From NCBI GenBank assembly GCA_964481345.1, contig CAYZTC010000003.1, forward strand, positions 6,653 through 70,652: a stretch of DNA of 64,000 bases, given 5' to 3'. Position numbers and translations under genes: made by a program. Shown piece by piece: positions 58,090-64,000 of the stretch; the first letter of the stretch is position 1, and each line of letters opens with the position of its first letter. Origin of the DNA: an uncultured Candidatus Saccharibacteria bacterium (GTDB lineage: Bacteria; Patescibacteriota; Dojkabacteria; SC72; JAFGCJ01). Under the pieces are notes generated by a model, which was not told where the DNA came from, made no database searches, and saw only the letters and a program-made list of their open reading frames with translations.

Positions 58090-58703
58090 CTTATGACTGT
58101 TACGTCGGTCATTGTAATTGTCCAAAGTATCACCAGTATCATCGGCACTGCAAGTCCTACTATTACCTCTTGATATGTATGTTTTTTAAGGTATACCCTA
58201 GTCCAAGCGGTTACAAGAGGTATTGGAAAGAGTAAAAATATCCAGAAATTCCCATACATCATAAGTGCAATAAGATAAGCAAGCGTTACAGAGTAAACAT
58301 GGATGCTGATTTTAAAGAAAAGAGTTATCGTGAAAGCGATTGTAAGTGAAAAAGCAATAAAAGATAGACAGCTAGCGACTTCAACCCATCCCCAAATGTA
58401 ATTTAATAATGTCAGTACCATCATTAAAGTTAACATTGGAAAAAAGAATTTTGGTCTTTCTTCTCTTTTTGATACGTTGAAATCTGAGATCATTCCATTT
58501 TTCTTCAGTACGACTAGAAATATCACACCTATTACTAAAAAAAGAACAGTCGTCCCAAACCATATTACAAAGTTCATTACATTTTTACCTACATGTTTAT
58601 GGTATAGCATTATTGAAAATGCAATTATCATCGTTTCTGGGCTGAAAACTCTTGTAAGTATTTTTGCAATAAGAGTTACATGTTTATTGTTTGGTATGAA
58701 CAT
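58086..58703 (-). CDS. hypothetical polytopic membrane protein (weak PAP2-like motif)
   Basis: About 6 TM helices. TRVYLKKHTYQEV resembles the PAP2 motif 3 SRxxxxxHxxxD, but motifs 1 and 2 are unclear. Confidence 0.3.
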   Translation of the reverse strand: MFIPNNKHVTLIAKILTRVFSPETMIIAFSIMLYHKHVGKNVMNFVIWFGTTVLFLVIGVIFLVVLKKNGMISDFNVSKREERPKFFFPMLTLMMVLTLLNYIWGWVEVASCLSFIAFSLTIAFTITLFFKISIHVYSVTLAYLIALMMYGNFWIFLLFPIPLVTAWTRVYLKKHTYQEVIVGLAVPMILVILWTITMTDVTVIS

Positions 58704-58792
58704 TTTGAGTCTCTTATTAATTCTGGATAACTGATAATACCATATGTTATTCCTTCTGTCTTAAATTTTAGTATAGGGAAATAAATTAAGTT

Positions 58793-59779
58793 GTGATAAA
58801 ATTGCCTAGTTTTGATTATGTTGATATGAAAAAGCAGACACGTAAGAAAATAATAAAGATCCTTCTTCAGATCGCAGTATATTGTGCTGTTGGAATCTTC
58901 ATATATCTTACTTTGAAAGACAATCTCTCTGAAATAAGGGATTTTGAGATAAGGAATGTTAGGTTGCTAATATTTACAACATTGATTTATTCTGCAAGCG
59001 TAGGGTTAAACGGATATATTTGGCACCTTATAATGAAGTTTAGTGGTGAAAATATTAAGATATTTGATTCCATAGATGTATACATTTCATCTTATATAAC
59101 AAGGTATATTCCTGGTAGTGTGTGGGCAATATTTGCACGTTCAGCGATGAACAAAAGATATAAAGTGAAAATGCTAAAGACTGCATGGGGATGGTTTGTA
59201 GAAAATCTTGGCTACCTCTTAGTGGGTGGAGTTTTCTCATTACTTGTACTTAGCTCTTTGTTTGAAAGTAATATCGTGCTTATCACAGTGATTCCTTTTG
59301 TTATAGCAATTGGGACCATTGTATATTTAAACTATGAAAAGATGGGAAAGCTATTCGATAAAATAATTAAGAGAAAGCTTTCTAGAAATGCTAATAATAA
59401 GTCCTCGGTATTATCATTAAGCCTTAATCAAAAGATAATAATTCTAGGATTGTATTTAGTTTCGTGGATTATCTACTCATTGCACTATTATCTTCTTGCA
59501 TACTCTATAACAGGCGTTACTATAGAATACCTATTTCCTCTGGTTGGTGTAAACGCCCTATCATATGTAATTGGATATATTTCAATTATCACACCTAGTG
59601 GAACTGGAGTGAGGGAAGGTGTTATGATTGCATCATTAAACCTATTGGGGCTCGTTTCGAAAGTAGAAGCTATTGTTGTTAGTATTGTAGCAAGAATAAC
59701 GTTTGTAATAGGAGAAGTAGGATATCTAGTTGTATATAAAGTGGTTTACTTTTTATATAAGAAATACGATGGAAAATAA
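58793..59779 (+). CDS. UPF0104 / flippase-like (LPG-synthase TM domain) membrane protein
   Basis: 328 aa with about 8 TM helices. The C-terminal GYISIITPSGTGVREGVM matches the UPF0104 family. Precedes a GT2 gene. Confidence 0.5.
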   Translation: MIKLPSFDYVDMKKQTRKKIIKILLQIAVYCAVGIFIYLTLKDNLSEIRDFEIRNVRLLIFTTLIYSASVGLNGYIWHLIMKFSGENIKIFDSIDVYISSYITRYIPGSVWAIFARSAMNKRYKVKMLKTAWGWFVENLGYLLVGGVFSLLVLSSLFESNIVLITVIPFVIAIGTIVYLNYEKMGKLFDKIIKRKLSRNANNKSSVLSLSLNQKIIILGLYLVSWIIYSLHYYLLAYSITGVTIEYLFPLVGVNALSYVIGYISIITPSGTGVREGVMIASLNLLGLVSKVEAIVVSIVARITFVIGEVGYLVVYKVVYFLYKKYDGK

Positions 59780-60761
59780 GGTAGATTTAACAGTAATTCT
59801 TCCGGTTTTAAATGAAGAGGAAAATATAAAGGAAATTACTGATGAGCTTGTTTCTGTACTCAAAAAACTTGGTAAAACTTATGAAGTCTTGGCAATAAAT
59901 ACCCCTGACCAGGATGACAGTTTCGAGGTGATGAAAAATGTATCTAAGAAATACCCCAGGGTTTTTCCTATAAATATGAAATTTCGAGGGGGCAAGAGAG
60001 TGTTGCAAAAGGGATATCAGTATATGCTTGGATTCATATTAGCTAAAGGAAATATTATCGTTCATATGGATTCGGATTACGAAGACGACCCTCGTGACTT
60101 ACCTCACATGATTGAGCAGCTTGATAAAGGTTTTGATCTTGTTGTTGGATGGAGAAAGAACAGAAAACATAAATTCTTTTATAGACTTACTTCTAAAATA
60201 TATAACTTGGTGTCTAGTCTTATCACTGGACTTAAAATACATGACAAAAATTGTGGTTTTAAGGCATATACGAAATCTGCGGCTAAGGCTGTAAAGCTAC
60301 ACGGCATGAACTTCAGGGGAATCCCAGGTTTGCTTCATGCAAAGGGTTATAGAGTCTCAGAGATTCCAGTAAATCATAGGGCAAGACTTGGCGGAAAAAG
60401 AAATTTTAATTTGATAAGCAGGTTTAAAGGAGGAACACTTGATTTTTTGAGTAACCTTCTGATCTCAAGATCTGGAGATATGCCTTTTAGATTTTGGGGG
60501 TTCTGGGGGATTATTTTAATATTAGTTTCGTTACTTTCATTTGGATTGTATTGCTGGTACATTGTGACCCGTATGGCCACTCTTGAGGGTGCAATTCTTG
60601 CATTAGCAGGGGGAATAATACTTTCAATAGTAGGTGTATTGTTGATTTTGACTGGTGTAATAATGGAATTTATATTACATCAATCTCCTTCATCTCTTGA
60701 TAACTACACAATACTTGAGGACCCAAAAGGTAGAGTTGTTCAAAACTCAAACACAAGGTAG
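59769..60761 (+). CDS. GT2 glycosyltransferase, polyprenyl-phosphate sugar synthase-like (DPM1-like) with C-terminal TM region
   Basis: LTVILPVLNEEENI...DSDYEDDP (DxD) catalytic domain plus C-terminal TM helices. The ORF track starts at 59730, but the likely start is ATG 59769. Confidence 0.7.
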   Translation: MENKVDLTVILPVLNEEENIKEITDELVSVLKKLGKTYEVLAINTPDQDDSFEVMKNVSKKYPRVFPINMKFRGGKRVLQKGYQYMLGFILAKGNIIVHMDSDYEDDPRDLPHMIEQLDKGFDLVVGWRKNRKHKFFYRLTSKIYNLVSSLITGLKIHDKNCGFKAYTKSAAKAVKLHGMNFRGIPGLLHAKGYRVSEIPVNHRARLGGKRNFNLISRFKGGTLDFLSNLLISRSGDMPFRFWGFWGIILILVSLLSFGLYCWYIVTRMATLEGAILALAGGIILSIVGVLLILTGVIMEFILHQSPSSLDNYTILEDPKGRVVQNSNTR

Positions 60762-62413
60762 GTATATGCAATTCTTTTGATAGGTTCTATTTCTCCATTT
60801 AGATATAAACCTCTAATCCATTCAGTTTTGGGTCTTTTATTTATATCTCTTCCCATTAGTAAATCGACATCAATTACAACAGTCCCCTCTTCTACTTCTT
60901 CAAGTGGATTTACATATACTGTTGTATCGTCTGGAAGATCTTCAATATAGTCCTTCACATAGAAGTCATCCTGTGCCCAACTTAAGTTGCTGTCTAAAAG
61001 GTAATAATAGCCGTTTTGTGGTCCGCCTACTATTTCATTGAAGTATTCCAAGTAATGAGGATAGATCATTATTGTTGATAACATATACCATGTGCCTAGT
61101 AGGACAATTGGATACCTAAGTTGCCTGCTTCTGAATAACCGAACTACTAAATACGAAACACCTAAATACAGGAAAGGAAAAACCACCAAGATATACCTTA
61201 TTCCAAGATTTAAACTACTTATCATAGAAATCAGCATAAAAAAGGCTGGTACAACGAACAATATTAGTAATGGACCAATTCTAAACTTTCTGTCTATCAA
61301 ATACTTTACCCCTATTGCCATTAATGTTCCTATTCCGATCAGTATAGAAATAGGCATTTTTACCAACATTGAAAGAGGAAAATAGTACCACCATCCTGTT
61401 TTTGAGTACTGACCAAATAGAAATGTATCGTGTCCATATGCATTATGAAAGACTACATTATCTAAAAATCCATCGATGTACTCCGGGAATGGTAACCTTT
61501 TGTTTAAATAGAGGTTTTGAGCTGGTTCAATGATGGATGGAAGTAGTTTAAATATATTTTCGATATCGCTCAGATTGTTTTCTGTTTTTTGGATATTCTC
61601 ATGATTTGTAAACTGAAGTGTTTCAAATCTAAAACCATATGTTCCCCAAAGGAGGACTGTCCATGTTAAACATATGGCAAGAACGTATCCAGAAACACGT
61701 AGAAAACGGAGGAAGGCTTTAGTTTTGTTTAAATTTTTCCAAAGAATAACTGTAAGTATTATTAACCACACAACAGCAACCGGAACTACACTGTATTTTG
61801 TTATTAATCCACAGAACCCTACCAGAACAAAGGAAACTAAATGTTTAAAGTTGTCATATTTTGCATAAAGATAAAGCAAAAATGTGGCTGAAAAGACAAG
61901 TGGTACCACAAGTGCGTCAGTTGTAACCAGTCTTGCATTTGCAATTAGGTTAGAGCTTAAAAAGTATAAAAATGAAAATATTATTGCAACAGTACTTCCA
62001 AACTCATTGTTTGTCTGGCTTACAACGAAGAGTCCTGAAATAGCAAATACAAATATCATAAAGTATCTTGAATTGTTTAGAACGTTGAATACAAAATCCC
62101 TTTTACCTCCATTAATATCGACAAGTTCATCTGAAAGTTCATCTTTTGCTGCAGTTCTCCAATTATCTGAGTCAGTGGAAGGTACTACAAGCTCATCATT
62201 AAATAACTGTGGAAATGCTGAAATAACATTCCCAAGTATTGGATGATGTTTATTCAATCTATAGTCACCAGTCTCAAGCAACATTACTCCCCTTACAAGA
62301 TGTCGTGCTTCGTCTCTAGTATGGGATTTATAAGAAATGCTGTTAACGGAAAGTAAAACAAAAACAACAGCTAAAACGAGAGGAATAAATTTGCGTACTT
62401 GTTGTAAGGCCAT
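60740..62413 (-). CDS. GT-C fold membrane glycosyltransferase (ArnT/PMT-like, GT39/83-type)
   Basis: 557 aa with about 11 TM helices. A conserved DE-containing first periplasmic loop (HTRDEARHLVRG). Adjacent to the DPM1-like GT2. Confidence 0.5.
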   Translation of the reverse strand: MALQQVRKFIPLVLAVVFVLLSVNSISYKSHTRDEARHLVRGVMLLETGDYRLNKHHPILGNVISAFPQLFNDELVVPSTDSDNWRTAAKDELSDELVDINGGKRDFVFNVLNNSRYFMIFVFAISGLFVVSQTNNEFGSTVAIIFSFLYFLSSNLIANARLVTTDALVVPLVFSATFLLYLYAKYDNFKHLVSFVLVGFCGLITKYSVVPVAVVWLIILTVILWKNLNKTKAFLRFLRVSGYVLAICLTWTVLLWGTYGFRFETLQFTNHENIQKTENNLSDIENIFKLLPSIIEPAQNLYLNKRLPFPEYIDGFLDNVVFHNAYGHDTFLFGQYSKTGWWYYFPLSMLVKMPISILIGIGTLMAIGVKYLIDRKFRIGPLLILFVVPAFFMLISMISSLNLGIRYILVVFPFLYLGVSYLVVRLFRSRQLRYPIVLLGTWYMLSTIMIYPHYLEYFNEIVGGPQNGYYYLLDSNLSWAQDDFYVKDYIEDLPDDTTVYVNPLEEVEEGTVVIDVDLLMGRDINKRPKTEWIRGLYLNGEIEPIKRIAYTYLVFEF

Positions 62414-62419
62414 CTCAGT

Positions 62420-63217
62420 TTAAAGTTTATCAACAACCAACTCAAATTGGGAGTATGGAAACGCTCCAGTTATAATGTAGCCTTTTACGGAGTCTCCATT
62501 GAGTTTCCCAACGATAAAAAAAGGTGTACCAATTCCTCTAAAACAGTTTGCCTCATATGGGTCATTTGTTTGGCATGGGTATTTAGAGGCAAGTTGCTCA
62601 GACAAAATATTTAGATCATCCATATCTTTTTCTACCTCTTCAACAAATGCATCAGAGTCAAGACAGTCTTTAACACAACTAGAGTCAACGTCAATATCCG
62701 GAAGCAGTGCTAAAATAGATTCTTCAGTCATATTGGACTCATTGGAATCTGTATTCTCATATAAAATATCATGATACTCAAAGTACTTTTCGTTTGAGTA
62801 CTCTTCTTGTATACACTCTCCGATATATGCCTCGACATAAGCAACATCTCCATGGATTTCATAGTCTCTAAAGACATATATCATTTTTCCATCGTTGATG
62901 TAGTTTTCTTTTAGTTGAGGTAATGTTTCTTGAGAGTGTTTTTTACAAAATGGGCATTCATAGTCACTAAATTCTACGATTGCATATTCTGCCCTCTCAA
63001 TATTTCCAAGATATGGATCATCATCTATTCTTATTTCCCCTTCCATAAATAACTCTTCTGTCTCACCCTTAATATTTAGCTCATTATCTTGCTGAGAGTC
63101 ATTTTTGTTGCCTTGGGTATAGAGAAGAGTAGCAGAAACTATTATTGCAGAGAGCAATATTGCACCAGGTAGCAAGTTTACAGAAACAGACTCACTTGTT
63201 CTCTTATCTTTAGACAT
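62420..63217 (-). CDS. DsbA-family thiol:disulfide oxidoreductase, membrane-anchored
   Basis: N-terminal TM, then a thioredoxin-fold with a CPFC active site (FSDYECPFCKKH). Confidence 0.7.
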   Translation of the reverse strand: MSKDKRTSESVSVNLLPGAILLSAIIVSATLLYTQGNKNDSQQDNELNIKGETEELFMEGEIRIDDDPYLGNIERAEYAIVEFSDYECPFCKKHSQETLPQLKENYINDGKMIYVFRDYEIHGDVAYVEAYIGECIQEEYSNEKYFEYHDILYENTDSNESNMTEESILALLPDIDVDSSCVKDCLDSDAFVEEVEKDMDDLNILSEQLASKYPCQTNDPYEANCFRGIGTPFFIVGKLNGDSVKGYIITGAFPYSQFELVVDKL

Positions 63218-63253
63218 AGTAATTGTAACTAATTAAATATCTAGGTGATTGTA

Positions 63254-63919
63254 TCAGCGTTTTGGCTGAAATATCAAGCGATAAAGAAGTATAGATGAAA
63301 GTATAGCAAAAGCAAGACCATGAAAAAGAATAAACGTCATGAGGTTTGGTATTGAGTTGCTGAAACATAAAAGTCCCAAAATGAAAGATAGTGAATAAAC
63401 AGCAATCTGAATATTTACCACTTTGTTGAACTTTGCAATCTTGACAATGCTTGAATAAAGCATAAATACGATTGTTTGAAAAAACCACGAAATTCCAAAT
63501 AGTACACTAAGGCTTGGGATATAGAATCTTCCATACCCCATCGTTTTTAGTATCCAGCCGTTGTTGAAGTATTCAAAGATAATTACCGGAAGGTACATGA
63601 AGGTTGCTAGCAATATTCCTCTTAAAACAGTCTTTAAAAACGCCTTAAAGCTTTTCATCTTCGAGATGTTTTGACCTAGTACAACAAGTAAAAAGCTTGA
63701 GGACAAAAAGAATGGAAATTTGTATATAAATGAATAAGTTACATAAGTGTTATAAATGTTTACAGAAAGTATTTTGTTTAAAACTATCCCGTCTAAGATC
63801 CAGAATGTGTTGATGGCAAGCTGAATTAATATGTTTAGAATTATTTGTTTATTATCTGTGTTTTTTATATAGCTTTTAGGGACAATGAATAGAGTTTTTT
63901 CCCTTTTATAGATAAACAC
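63254..63919 (-). CDS. hypothetical polytopic membrane protein
   Basis: 221 aa with about 6 TM helices. A further membrane ORF continues to the window edge. Confidence 0.3.
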   Translation of the reverse strand: MFIYKREKTLFIVPKSYIKNTDNKQIILNILIQLAINTFWILDGIVLNKILSVNIYNTYVTYSFIYKFPFFLSSSFLLVVLGQNISKMKSFKAFLKTVLRGILLATFMYLPVIIFEYFNNGWILKTMGYGRFYIPSLSVLFGISWFFQTIVFMLYSSIVKIAKFNKVVNIQIAVYSLSFILGLLCFSNSIPNLMTFILFHGLAFAILSSILLYRLIFQPKR

Positions 63920-64000
63920 AATGGAGGAGAGAATTAGTAAGATTCCAGCGGCTATAAAAGACCAGAAAATTGTGAGGTAATCAGCTCCGTTTGAAACAAA

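Noticed and set aside
58086-58703. Confident PAP2 phosphatase or exosortase call for the 205-aa membrane protein
   Set aside because: Only one of three PAP2 motifs is convincingly present, and no exosortase Cys/Arg signature could be verified by eye. Kept as a hypothetical membrane protein.
1-64000. CRISPR array or cas genes
   Set aside because: No regularly spaced direct repeats of 24-48 bp and no Cas-like proteins were recognised. The only recurrent short repeats are the dispersed GGACWGTCC-type motifs, which are not arrayed.

Overview
AT-rich (about 35% GC) bacterial chromosomal window with short, tightly packed genes. The encoded proteins (Mur ligases, DnaE, LexA, ribosomal protein L19, tRNAs with encoded CCA) indicate a bacterium; the small gene size, Lys-rich tails on ribosomal proteins and many membrane-anchored acidic hypothetical proteins fit a Patescibacteria/CPR-like genome (inference). 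Recognisable content: a murA-murD-murE-murB peptidoglycan precursor operon; rmuC; a GT2 glycosyltransferase; a frameshifted queH overlapped by an unlisted desulforedoxin-like mini-gene; a fused ABC exporter; a thiol-redox cluster (trxB, a thioredoxin, and a thioredoxin fused to a CcdA/DsbD-like membrane domain); a DUF5320-like/DUF134 gene pair next to an iscU-nifS Fe-S operon; DNA repair genes (mpg, nth, a UDG-superfamily protein, lexA); dnaE; three tRNAs (Pro-TGG, Gly-TCC, Lys-TTT); gpmI, rplS, rnhB, mnmA, dus, acyP, folD, pepF; a GT2 + GT-C + UPF0104 glycosylation module; and dsbA. Accessory or unusual content: a GGAC(W)GTCC-containing short dispersed repeat family, including a roughly 166 bp element flanked by inverted repeats; GC-rich hairpin clusters in intergenic regions; a tandem array of five secreted surface-protein genes (two close paralogs); a shared C-terminal VIP-TM-basic anchor motif on three proteins; a duplicated tRNA-Lys 3' end bounding or adjoining a block of hypothetical genes; a membrane-anchored HEPN/DUF4145-like protein; and a transglutaminase-like protein lacking the catalytic Cys. 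No CRISPR array, integrase or transposase was recognised.
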